Below the pieces are notes generated by a model, which was not told where the DNA came from, ran no database searches, and saw only the letters and a list, made by a program, of their open reading frames with translations. Made by a program: the position numbers and the translations under genes. Positions 1 to 8,075 of a stretch of 29,410 bases of DNA are shown here, piece after piece. How positions within the stretch are numbered: position 1 is the first letter of the stretch; each line of letters begins with the position of its first letter. Origin of the DNA: a virus (taxonomy: Duplodnaviria > Caudoviricetes); the IMG/VR virus record IMGVR_UViG_3300042868_007151, positions 1-29,410 of that record. One strand, 5' to 3'.

Positions 1-54
1 GGCAGAAGCACCGGAGCCAGGAAGGACCCAACACCCCCCACCCCAGGGGGGGTC
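1..54 (-). promoter_or_regulatory. cosQ-like packaging termination site at probable genome right end
   Basis: Minus strand reads GGGTCCTTCCTGGCTCCGGTGCTTCTGCC to the window edge. GGGTCCT (29-23) is the lambda cosQ heptamer; it is preceded by G/C runs (31-54). Confidence 0.6.
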
Positions 55-64
55 GCCTCTTGTC

Positions 65-520
65 TCACTCTGAGATAGCTGCCAAGGCCTCTAGCGTTGC
101 CTCTAACGCGATGCGAAGCTCTTCTGCTCGCTTGGTCAACTCTGCATGCAAGTCTTCGCTATCGCATTGCAGAGCCCCTTGGCTGGCCTGTATCTCGACA
201 ATCAACAATCCATCCTTGACGCACTCCCCCCGCTCTAGGTGGATGACCTCGATCTGGTAGTCGTCCCTGTACACCCCAGCAGCCTGCATCGCGTCGAGGG
301 GGGCTTTAAGAAGATTGTCCAGGTCTCTTCGTCGCCGGTCTGGTGGGTGTGCTGTGATCGATAGGGAGAGGGCCACATCACCGAAAGCGATTCGCTGCTC
401 TTGGCAGATCGCAGCTACTGCCTCGCGGTATCGCCTGCCCTCCTTGCTGATGAGGGTCTTGGCCCCGACTCGTCGCCAGTAGTGGTTGATGCTCGGTGGG
501 TAGGGTAGTTCGATTCGCAT
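65..520 (-). CDS. rusA: RusA family Holliday junction resolvase
   Basis: LPYPPSINHYWR N-terminus, RRRDLDNLLKAPLDA and DDYQI catalytic motifs. Confidence 0.93.
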   Translation of the reverse strand: MRIELPYPPSINHYWRRVGAKTLISKEGRRYREAVAAICQEQRIAFGDVALSLSITAHPPDRRRRDLDNLLKAPLDAMQAAGVYRDDYQIEVIHLERGECVKDGLLIVEIQASQGALQCDSEDLHAELTKRAEELRIALEATLEALAAISE

Positions 521-575
521 GGGCAGGTCCTCCAGGTGGTGGGCTCGGTCTCTGGAGGGAACTGTCCCCCGAATC

Positions 576-870
576 GGTCAACAGGTCAACAGCAAAAACA
601 GATTCACCCCCGAGGAGCCTCGCGTATAAAGATACCCCCCTAAAACCACACACACACAGGAAAAAGGTATTGAGGGTGAATCTGTATATAAGTAAGTAGT
701 AGTAGTAGTAGTTTAGTAGTCTTTTTATTGGTATTCGCGAGAAAAACAGATTCGCAAAACAGATTCACCACAGGTTCACCTTCACTCCCCCACCTAAGGG
801 TGGTAGGTGGTGAAGTTCCCCCGCCTGTTGGGCTGGCCCCCCCTCTGGAGCACCCTTGGTGAAGCTGTTT
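576..870. repeat. Iteron-like direct and inverted repeats (consensus AAACAGATTCACC) around an (AGT)n tract; putative replication origin
   Basis: Copies at 596-608(+), 674-685(-), 744-755(+, imperfect), 757-769(+), 770-780(+, imperfect), 858-870(-, 1 mismatch); GGTCAACA x2 at 576-591; AGT repeats at about 690-720. Confidence 0.65.
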
Positions 871-900
871 CTTCCCACTGACCCAGCCCACCAGGTGGCA

Positions 901-962
901 GAAAACAATTTTCTAAAATTTTTAACCTTTGAGCTTGTCCCGGTCGAATCAATGTTTACAAT
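901..962 (+). promoter_or_regulatory. Putative sigma70-type early promoter
   Basis: TTGTCC (935-940), 16 nt spacer, TACAAT (957-962), with an AT-rich UP-like tract at 901-930, upstream of the rightward operon. Confidence 0.6.
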
Positions 963-1024
963 CTTTGCATGACAGCCGCCGATGGTTGTCGCAGATGACA
1001 CATTCAGACACGAGGACACGACAG

Positions 1025-1231
1025 ATGGACAAGGCACGAGCGATTGAGCGGATTTTGGAAATCACCGCTGGAGACTGGGACGCAAGCAGCAACGTCGCTG
1101 CTATCTTCGACCAGATGCCGATTACGTTGCTTGAGATGAGCAACTCTATCACCGACGAGATTTGCTTCGATGACTTGGCAAGGCTGGCCGCGCACGATGT
1201 GAAGCGCCGCGAGTTGGCTGAAGCGGAATGA
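1025..1231 (+). CDS. Hypothetical early protein (68 aa)
   Basis: ATG 1025 after GAGG; stop overlaps the next start (ATGA). The ORF-track start at 929 would overlap the promoter. Confidence 0.7.
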   Translation: MDKARAIERILEITAGDWDASSNVAAIFDQMPITLLEMSNSITDEICFDDLARLAAHDVKRRELAEAE

Positions 1232-1428
1232 CCCGCTCTGAATCACGAGTAGCCCACCTGATGCTAATGCGTCATGGCTGGCGCTCCAGAATCATCGGCT
1301 GGGCCGGTGATCTGACCAAGGAAGTGTCGATCGAGGTATCGGTCGGCAGCACGAGAATTAACCTGGAGACTTTCGACTGTGTGCGGAAGTTCCTGAGCAA
1401 TAACCCTACCGATGGAGACACGAAATGA
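1228..1428 (+). CDS. Hypothetical protein
   Basis: ATGA coupling at both ends. Confidence 0.65.
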   Translation: MTRSESRVAHLMLMRHGWRSRIIGWAGDLTKEVSIEVSVGSTRINLETFDCVRKFLSNNPTDGDTK

Positions 1429-1877
1429 AGAAACAAGTACCCCGCGAGATTGTGGTCTTTCCAGATTACAGCTCCTGGACCTGGACCGGTATTGTTAAGG
1501 ATGCCATGGGCCAGCAGATTGCCGAAGAGACTCTGGAGTCCCTTGGCCGGTTATCAAACCGCGACGATGTGGAGCAAGCCGCCGTAGCCCTTGCCGGTCG
1601 GCATGGGATCACCATCGATTCTGGATACCTGCATTGGGACTCGAACGAGCACACCGCGATCTGGCTAGCAGGTGATGACGAATCGCCGCATGGCTGGGTC
1701 TGCTGTCAAAGGGGAGAGACTGACAGCCTGGAAGACGCCAAGCTCGGCCCGATCCGCCTGGAGCGCTCTGACGCCGAGCTCGACCGCGAAGTCTTCGGAT
1801 TCACAGAGATCAAGTTTGTTTACGATGGCTGGCTCTACGAGACAGACGTGCTGGAGGATGAGTCCGATGGCGATTAA
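1425..1877 (+). CDS. Hypothetical acidic protein
   Basis: GGAG RBS, coupled start, 150 aa. Confidence 0.75.
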   Translation: MKKQVPREIVVFPDYSSWTWTGIVKDAMGQQIAEETLESLGRLSNRDDVEQAAVALAGRHGITIDSGYLHWDSNEHTAIWLAGDDESPHGWVCCQRGETDSLEDAKLGPIRLERSDAELDREVFGFTEIKFVYDGWLYETDVLEDESDGD

Positions 1878-2214
1878 GAAAACAACCATTTTGAGGCCAT
1901 ACCGCTGGGAAGACCGCGAATCGATCTGGGGGAAAACCTACCAGTCGCGATCCGGTCGAGTGATGCGGATGGTTTCGCGGGTGACATGCGTTCGAGGTGT
2001 TTTTTTCGTGGATGGGATCAAGGCGGACAAACTTCTCGAGAAGTACATCTGGCTCGATGGATCCCCCTGTGGAATCGAAGTAAAGGGTTTTAGCAATGGC
2101 GAAAACAAAGGAGCCCAAGGGGCCAATGACAGTGATCAACATGGGCACGTCTCAGCCAGTGGACTGGGTGGAGCTGTTTCGCAGCTCGGCCAGCCTGGAG
2201 GGCCTGACGTTTAG
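1867..2214 (+). CDS. Hypothetical phage protein
   Basis: In-frame ATG 1867 (MAIKKTT) overlapping the upstream gene end; contains LLEKYIWLDGSPCG; 3' end overlaps the next gene. Confidence 0.6.
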   Translation: MAIKKTTILRPYRWEDRESIWGKTYQSRSGRVMRMVSRVTCVRGVFFVDGIKADKLLEKYIWLDGSPCGIEVKGFSNGENKGAQGANDSDQHGHVSASGLGGAVSQLGQPGGPDV

Positions 2215-2344
2215 CGAATGGGTGGCTCTAGCCTGCCTGGATCGCGCAGCCTGGATGAGCGGTAAGACCGCCGAGGAGCTGGCCGCTGGTCTGTCGATCC
2301 GTGCGACTCGTGGGAGAAGACCGAAGGAGGCTGAGCCATGCTGA
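2096..2344 (+). CDS. Small putative DNA-binding protein (ribbon-helix-helix-like)
   Basis: Strand-helix-helix pattern (INMGTSQPVDWVELFRSSASLEGLTFSEWVALAC) and a basic RGRRPK tail; fold is an inference. Confidence 0.5.
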   Translation: MAKTKEPKGPMTVINMGTSQPVDWVELFRSSASLEGLTFSEWVALACLDRAAWMSGKTAEELAAGLSIRATRGRRPKEAEPC

Positions 2345-2448
2345 TGGAATTTGTCTACGCTTTGGCATTCGGACTCGTTGTCTGTGGCCTGATCGAGTTT
2401 GCTGGCTGGCTTTTGTCTGAGGTGCTCACAGCACCTGAGGAGAAATGA
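2338..2448 (+). CDS. Small membrane peptide (36 aa), not in ORF track
   Basis: MLMEFVYALAFGLVVCGLIEFAGWLLSEVLTAPEEK; GGAGG RBS; overlaps both neighbours. Confidence 0.65.
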   Translation: MLMEFVYALAFGLVVCGLIEFAGWLLSEVLTAPEEK

Positions 2449-2561
2449 TGATCTGGATTGCTTCTGGTGTTATTTTGCTCGCGCTCGGCATGGCTGCGAT
2501 CGGCCTGCTAGCTCTGTTGATGGCTGGGATTTCGCACTGTGACGAGGAGGATCGATCGTGA
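2445..2561 (+). CDS. Small membrane peptide (38 aa), not in ORF track
   Basis: MMIWIASGVILLALGMAAIGLLALLMAGISHCDEEDRS; GAGGAG RBS; ATGA and GTGA coupling. Confidence 0.65.
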   Translation: MMIWIASGVILLALGMAAIGLLALLMAGISHCDEEDRS

Positions 2562-2761
2562 GTAAACAGCAAGCCTTCCCGGGTGTTCCAGGAATCCCCG
2601 TAGGATGGGAGTTTCTTGGTTTTATGGAGCCGAATAAAGGCGACTGGTTTTTATGCCTGGTCAATCGCAAGCCTCGTCAGTGGCGGTATGACGACCAAGG
2701 GACGATCTTGGTGGCAATCATTCGCAAAATCAAGAAAACCAGAAAGGAAGTTGTATCGTGA
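2558..2761 (+). CDS. Hypothetical protein
   Basis: GAGGAGG RBS, GTGA coupling at both ends. Confidence 0.7.
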   Translation: MSKQQAFPGVPGIPVGWEFLGFMEPNKGDWFLCLVNRKPRQWRYDDQGTILVAIIRKIKKTRKEVVS

Positions 2762-3171
2762 GTATCACAAACTGGACCAAGCCAGGCTGCCGAGCCCTGG
2801 ACCTCGACGAGCCGATCCAGCAGGGCGACTATGTGGCCGAGTGCTGGGGTGAAGATCGATCGACTGGGACTCCAGGTAATTGGGTTCGGGCTATCTTCTC
2901 GGTCGGCCAGACACCCCGCGATGCCCATGTCTTCGCATGTCGGCCAATCGGGAAGCAGACTAAAAGACCAAGAATCACCTGCGACGAAGCATTCCCAAGA
3001 GAAATCCAAGGTGTCTGGATCCACGAGGACGACGACATCGTTGACCACAAAGCCCGATGCATGCCAAGTAAGCACGAATGGGAGCCCGTCGAAATCAAGA
3101 CTTTCCCGTCCGCTGAAAAGTGCAAGAACTGTCACGCAGTCCGACATTATCCGCGAGAAGGTTTTAATTGA
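2758..3171 (+). CDS. Hypothetical protein with C-terminal C-x4-H...CxxC putative Zn site
   Basis: Coupled GTG start; CMPSKHEW...CKNC. Confidence 0.7.
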   Translation: MSITNWTKPGCRALDLDEPIQQGDYVAECWGEDRSTGTPGNWVRAIFSVGQTPRDAHVFACRPIGKQTKRPRITCDEAFPREIQGVWIHEDDDIVDHKARCMPSKHEWEPVEIKTFPSAEKCKNCHAVRHYPREGFN

Positions 3172-3199
3172 TTGACACGATGTCCCGATCTGCTAGCCT
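3172..3199 (+). promoter_or_regulatory. Sigma70-type promoter
   Basis: Perfect TTGACA (3172-3177), 16 nt spacer, extended -10 TGc-TAGCCT (3191-3199). Confidence 0.7.
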
Positions 3200-3204
3200 T
3201 GTCC

Positions 3205-3270
3205 CTTCTAGGGCTGTGGTTAGCCGGTCGGAATCGTGTCTCCTGACTGACTAGCCATAAGCCTTTTTTT
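3205..3270 (+). ncRNA. Putative small regulatory hairpin RNA with intrinsic terminator
   Basis: About 22-bp stem (3210-3232 with 3241-3265) containing four G-U pairs, which favours the plus-strand transcript; 8-nt loop AUCGUGUC; U7 tail; directly downstream of a promoter. The 5' end is estimated. Confidence 0.7.
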
Positions 3271-3298
3271 ACGCCTACACCCAACCAAGGAGACACAC

Positions 3299-4150
3299 AT
3301 GGTCCAACTGCCCTGGACGAAATCCACACCCGCGACACAGATCGTGGAGTGCACCGCCGCTGACTATCACGCTGGTCGCTCGCACTATATGACGAGCCAC
3401 ATGCTGGACACCTTCCGGCATAGCCCGCGATTGTGCCAGCAGAAGATGTCGGGACTGCTCAAAGAGCAGACCAAAAGCTATTACGAAGTCGGGACCGCTG
3501 CTCACCTGTTCATCCTGGAGGGCCCTGGAGCCTTCCACGCGAAATACACGGTCGCGAATGGTCCGGTCAATCCGAAGACCGGCAACTGCTACGGTCGCGA
3601 TACCAAGAAGTTCGAGGAATGGATCGCCGAAGTCGAGGCATCCGGGATGAAGATTGTCTCGGACGAGGAATTCCAGGACATCCAAGCCATGGCCGACAGC
3701 ATCGAGGAGAGCAATGCAGCCGAGCTGCTTCACTATGGCCGACCGGAAGTGACAATCCGTGGAACCCTCAAGGGTGTTCCATGCCAAAGTCGATTGGACT
3801 TCCTGGATCTTGACCGCTCGCGAATCGTGGATCTCAAGACTACCGAGAGCCTGGAGCGCTTTGACCGCGATTTTTTCCGGTTTAAGTACGACAAGCAGCT
3901 CGCGTTTTATCGTGCGATGGTTGCCGGGCTAGCTCTCACCGACCGTGTGCCAGAGGTCTATGTGATCGCCGTGGAGAAGTCCCCGCCATATCGAGTCCAT
4001 TCTTGGCAAGCCACCGAGGCCACCTTGAGCGCAGCTGACGAAGTCAACAAGCTGCTTCTCGACCAGTACCGTCAGGTCTCGAAGACTGTCGGCAATACGA
4101 TGAAGTGGCCGATCTCGATCGAATACGGCCGTACTTTTGGCCAGATCTAG
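3299..4150 (+). CDS. PD-(D/E)XK exonuclease (RecE/ExoVIII, DUF3799-like)
   Basis: DYH, GTAAH, E...CQSRLD, IVDLKTT and YDKQLAFY motifs. Confidence 0.88.
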   Translation: MVQLPWTKSTPATQIVECTAADYHAGRSHYMTSHMLDTFRHSPRLCQQKMSGLLKEQTKSYYEVGTAAHLFILEGPGAFHAKYTVANGPVNPKTGNCYGRDTKKFEEWIAEVEASGMKIVSDEEFQDIQAMADSIEESNAAELLHYGRPEVTIRGTLKGVPCQSRLDFLDLDRSRIVDLKTTESLERFDRDFFRFKYDKQLAFYRAMVAGLALTDRVPEVYVIAVEKSPPYRVHSWQATEATLSAADEVNKLLLDQYRQVSKTVGNTMKWPISIEYGRTFGQI

Positions 4151-4196
4151 TTTACCTGTTTGTTTGTTGGTTTTTCTGTTTATGGAGACACGAAAG

Positions 4197-4928
4197 ATGG
4201 CTTTGAATTTGACTACATCGCGAGTCATTAAACCGCGACGGACCTTTCTGTATGGGCCTGGAGGTATCGGTAAGACCAGCTTCGCAGCTGCCGCGCCTGA
4301 CTGTGTGATCATTCCCACCGAAGAGGGTGCGAACGATGTGGAGGTCGCAAAATTCCCGATCTGCCAGAGCTTCGTCGATGTGCTCAATTGCATCGGCCAG
4401 CTGTACACCGAGGAGCATACATTCAAGTCTGTCTGCTTGGACACAGTTGACTGGGCCGAAAAGCTCGCATGGATCCAGATCGCTCGCGAGAATCACGTAG
4501 AGCAGATTGGAGACATCAAGTATGGTCGCGGGTACGGTTTCGCCGCGAATCTGTTCCGCCAGGTGCTCCAGGGGTTGGATGCATTGCGTGACCATCGAGG
4601 TATGTCGGTCTTCCTGCTTGCCCATGCGAAAACAGAGAAGTTTGAGGATCCAGAGCACACGAGCTATGACCGCTACGAGCCGAAGCTACACGACCATGTC
4701 ACCAACCTGATTGTTGAGTGGGCGGATGAAGTCTTCTTCGCAAACTTCAAATCGATCGTGAAGGAGGAAGACGCCGGATTTAATCGAACCATTGGCAAAG
4801 CGAAATCAACAGGCCAGCGGATTCTCCGGACCACCGCGAAGCCAGCAGCAGTCGCGAAAAACCGGCTGAACATGCCTGATGAAATCCCATTCTCGTACAT
4901 CGAATACGCGAAGTTCCTACCGTCTTAA
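4197..4928 (+). CDS. AAA_24 ATPase, Sak4-like recombinase
   Basis: Walker A YGPGGIGKTS, CLDTVDW, YGRGY, LLAH, EWADEVFFA and AKNR; start moved to ATG 4197 after GGAG. Confidence 0.9.
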   Translation: MALNLTTSRVIKPRRTFLYGPGGIGKTSFAAAAPDCVIIPTEEGANDVEVAKFPICQSFVDVLNCIGQLYTEEHTFKSVCLDTVDWAEKLAWIQIARENHVEQIGDIKYGRGYGFAANLFRQVLQGLDALRDHRGMSVFLLAHAKTEKFEDPEHTSYDRYEPKLHDHVTNLIVEWADEVFFANFKSIVKEEDAGFNRTIGKAKSTGQRILRTTAKPAAVAKNRLNMPDEIPFSYIEYAKFLPS

Positions 4929-4985
4929 ATCGTCAGTTTCTGTTTGTTAGATGTTTGTTAGTTTCTTAGATAAGGTTTTACACAG

Positions 4986-5711
4986 ATGGCTTTGATCAAT
5001 TTTAACGCGAATGACCACCAGGACGCAGGACCCGGTCCGCTACCCGCTGGTGACTATATGGTTTACGTCGCAGCTAGCGAGATGCGAATCAATCAGGACA
5101 ACGGCAATCAGTCGCTGAGCTTGACGCTCGATGTGATGCAGCCTGAGACCATGCAAGGGCGCAAGGTTTTCTCCAATTACACGATGAGCAGCCACAACGA
5201 GGAGGCAGTGCGAATCGGAATGCAGCAGCTAGCTCAGGTATGCCGCGCCGTGGGCGTGATGTCACCGAGCGACTCGACTGAACTGCATGATATTCCCTTC
5301 TTTGTCCGGTTGATCGTCAAGACGCTCGACAACGGGAAGGTGATCAACAATGTCCAGACCTGCTGGAGCACCGCTTCGGCAGCTCCACCGCTCGCTAAGC
5401 CCAAGGGGCAGCCACCGAAGCCAGCTGGCCAGCAGTACGCTCAGGCACCTGCTCAGGCATGGCAACAGCCGCAACAGCAGCAGCCTCAGTACGCTCCACC
5501 TGTCCAACAGGCACCACAGCAGCAGCACATGGACCTGCAAACGCAGTACCGAACGCAGGCACCCGCCCAGCAGTATCAGCCTCAGCCGATGCAGCAGCCA
5601 GCGATGGCTCCACCAGCTGGAGCACCACCGTGGGCACAGCCGAGATCAGCTCAGCAGCCACAACAGCAGCACGATCCGAACGGTGATGTGCCATTTAATG
5701 GGCAGTTCTAG
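4986..5711 (+). CDS. DUF669-like single-stranded DNA-binding protein with Gln/Pro-rich tail
   Basis: PLPAGDY, GRKVF and LHDIPF motifs; follows Sak4; low-complexity tail ending DVPFNGQF. Confidence 0.85.
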   Translation: MALINFNANDHQDAGPGPLPAGDYMVYVAASEMRINQDNGNQSLSLTLDVMQPETMQGRKVFSNYTMSSHNEEAVRIGMQQLAQVCRAVGVMSPSDSTELHDIPFFVRLIVKTLDNGKVINNVQTCWSTASAAPPLAKPKGQPPKPAGQQYAQAPAQAWQQPQQQQPQYAPPVQQAPQQQHMDLQTQYRTQAPAQQYQPQPMQQPAMAPPAGAPPWAQPRSAQQPQQQHDPNGDVPFNGQF

Positions 5712-5800
5712 GCATCGGCCAGACCGCTTGAGAATTAGCCGTAGCAGGTCGCCGTTGGCCTGCTAGGTATCTGAGACAAATCACAATGGAGACACAAAAA

Positions 5801-6361
5801 GTGAGTGCAGAAGAGAGACTACACAGACTAAAAATCTTAGAGGTAGCAGCGAGTCAGCTGCTTAAATCACACTGGGAGAACCATGATCTGGTTTGCAATT
5901 TGCACGTAGCAATTGGATTTGAAATAGACGCTACAAAAAGGCAAATAGACGCTATTAAATCATCGATTGCTGAAGGTGAAAGGCGTTGCGAAGCCTTCGA
6001 GGACATGGTGACATGGGAAGGTGGGCAGCCAGATCGATTGATGCAAGATGGGAGGATATGGCGCAAACCAACCTCTAAGGATCTCGGAAAAATGGTTCGA
6101 GTGTCTAACAAACTTGAGTCATTACCGGAAAGCTTTCCTGAAGCGAAGCTTAGTTATGTAAACAAAAAATCCTTTGTTTGCGAAGGAACGAAGTCTAATT
6201 CGGTGTTCTGGAAATACGCCTGGATCGAGTGCGATTCAGCCGAGGAGACTGAGCAGACCGACGACGATGGCAAGGGTTATATCAGCATTCAGGTCGGAGC
6301 CTTCTATCCTGGAGAGCCGTCGGTGCCAGTTGTTAAGCAATCCTTGACAACTGAGGAGTAG
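5801..6361 (+). CDS. Hypothetical protein
   Basis: Open frame 5786-6361; GTG 5801 follows GGAGACAC, with ATG 5786 as the alternative start. Confidence 0.7.
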   Translation: MSAEERLHRLKILEVAASQLLKSHWENHDLVCNLHVAIGFEIDATKRQIDAIKSSIAEGERRCEAFEDMVTWEGGQPDRLMQDGRIWRKPTSKDLGKMVRVSNKLESLPESFPEAKLSYVNKKSFVCEGTKSNSVFWKYAWIECDSAEETEQTDDDGKGYISIQVGAFYPGEPSVPVVKQSLTTEE

Positions 6362-6364
6362 CCC

Positions 6365-8071
6365 ATGGATCCGCGATGGTATCAATCAGAATCAGTTTCT
6401 GCTTGCTGGGACTTCATACGCGCCCAGCCTGGTAATCCTTGCATCGTCCTCCCCACTGGGGCAGGCAAGTCGCTTGTGATTGCCATGCTGGCGCGTGATG
6501 TGGTCGCTTGGGGTGGTCGGTGTCTCGTCCTAGCTCACCGCAAGGAGTTGCTGGAGCAGAATGCCGAGAAAATCGCCTCGTGCTTACCAGGGCTGGACAC
6601 TGGAGTCTGGTCGGCAGGCCTGCGACGAAAGGAGCACGGCCACTCGATCGTGGTCGCTGGTGTCCAGTCCTGCTTTCGGCAAGCAGCAGCCTACATGATT
6701 GGCCATCGCGATATTGTGATAGTCGATGAAGCTCACCTGATCCCGCTATCAGGTGAGGGGATGTATCGACAGCTCTTGGATCACCTGTTAGCGATCAATC
6801 CTAATTTGCGAATCGTGGGACTGACCGCGACTCCATACCGGCTTGATCATGGGGTGGTATGTGGTCCGAGGGATTTGCTTACTGATGTTTGCTACGAAGT
6901 CCCGCTGCTCAAGCTGATCGAAGAAGGCTACCTGTGCCCCCTGACATCGAAGCAGACAGCCCACGCCATCAATACCGATGGAGTAGCTACCAAGGGCGGG
7001 GAGTTTGTCCAAGGTGCTTTGGATCGGTCCGCCGCTCAAGAGGATGTTGTCCGAGCCGCTACGCTGGAGCTGCTTGGCTGGACCATGGATCGCCACTCGG
7101 TGTTGCTGTTCGCTTGTGGTCGCAAGCATGCCGCGATGCTTCGTGATTGTATCGGCCAGCAAGTACCCTCAGATCAGATCGGGTACGTCGATGGAGAAAC
7201 GCCATCGGGAGAACGAGACGATACGCTCGCGAAGTTCAAAGCTGGTCTGATCCGCTACTTGGTGAATATCGATGTTTTGACCACCGGATTTGATGCGCCG
7301 AATGTGGATTGCGTGGCGTTGTTTCGTCCGACTTTGTCGCCTGGTCTGTTGTATCAGATGGTGGGGCGCGGCTTTCGATTGCATGCATCAAAGCAAAATT
7401 GCTTGGTCTTGGACTTCGCTGGAAACATCCGCCGACATGGGCCTATTGATCAGCTCAAAGCACCGGACCGCAAAGGACCCAGGGAGGGTGCTCCAGGTGA
7501 AGCACCGAGCAAGGCCTGTCCAGAGTGCAAGGAGTTGTTGAATCTGCAAGCTAGGGAGTGCCCCGCTTGCGGGTATGAGTTTCCAGAGCCGGAAGCCAGG
7601 CACGAGGCCCAAGCTAGCCAGCTACCAGTCCTTTCGAGTGGAATCAAGGAGCCGATCACCGAATGGGCGGACGTGGTCAAGGAGCCTGTCTACCTGGTCT
7701 ACAAATCCGAGAAGAAGGAGCACCGATCCTTTCGAGCTATCTACCGCCTCAAGGGAACGCAATCGGTTTCGGAGTATGTTTGCTTGGATCACCCGCCAGG
7801 CTCGTTTGCTCGGAAGAAAGCCGAGGCATGGTGGGCTGAGCGCTCGAGCGTGCCTTGTCCAAATAGTTGCTGGGAAGCCTACCACCTGCTCAAAAAAGTC
7901 CCGCATGCATTAGCAGCACCAAAGCGGATGCATTTGAAATGGATACCTGGTCGCAAGTGGCCAGAGATCCTAGCCGTAGAGATCGGCGAAATAGTGGACT
8001 GCTCGAACGAGGAAGCAGTCATCGAGGCCAGAGAGTTAGCCGAAATCCAATTGAATCTATTTAACAGTTAG
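6365..8071 (+). CDS. Superfamily 2 DEAH helicase (RadD/YejH-like) with Zn finger
   Basis: LPTGAGKS, DEAH, LTATP, LTTGFDAP, QMVGRGFR and CPEC...CPAC. Confidence 0.93.
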   Translation: MDPRWYQSESVSACWDFIRAQPGNPCIVLPTGAGKSLVIAMLARDVVAWGGRCLVLAHRKELLEQNAEKIASCLPGLDTGVWSAGLRRKEHGHSIVVAGVQSCFRQAAAYMIGHRDIVIVDEAHLIPLSGEGMYRQLLDHLLAINPNLRIVGLTATPYRLDHGVVCGPRDLLTDVCYEVPLLKLIEEGYLCPLTSKQTAHAINTDGVATKGGEFVQGALDRSAAQEDVVRAATLELLGWTMDRHSVLLFACGRKHAAMLRDCIGQQVPSDQIGYVDGETPSGERDDTLAKFKAGLIRYLVNIDVLTTGFDAPNVDCVALFRPTLSPGLLYQMVGRGFRLHASKQNCLVLDFAGNIRRHGPIDQLKAPDRKGPREGAPGEAPSKACPECKELLNLQARECPACGYEFPEPEARHEAQASQLPVLSSGIKEPITEWADVVKEPVYLVYKSEKKEHRSFRAIYRLKGTQSVSEYVCLDHPPGSFARKKAEAWWAERSSVPCPNSCWEAYHLLKKVPHALAAPKRMHLKWIPGRKWPEILAVEIGEIVDCSNEEAVIEARELAEIQLNLFNS

Positions 8072-8075
8072 GCCG

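Noticed and set aside
378-1037. Short ORFs across the control region
   Set aside because: Low-complexity translations of repeats and the promoter, without RBS or coupling
5742-5765. Hairpin TAGCAGGTC...GGCCTGCTA after the SSB gene
   Set aside because: No U-tract, so it cannot be called a terminator; at most an mRNA stability element
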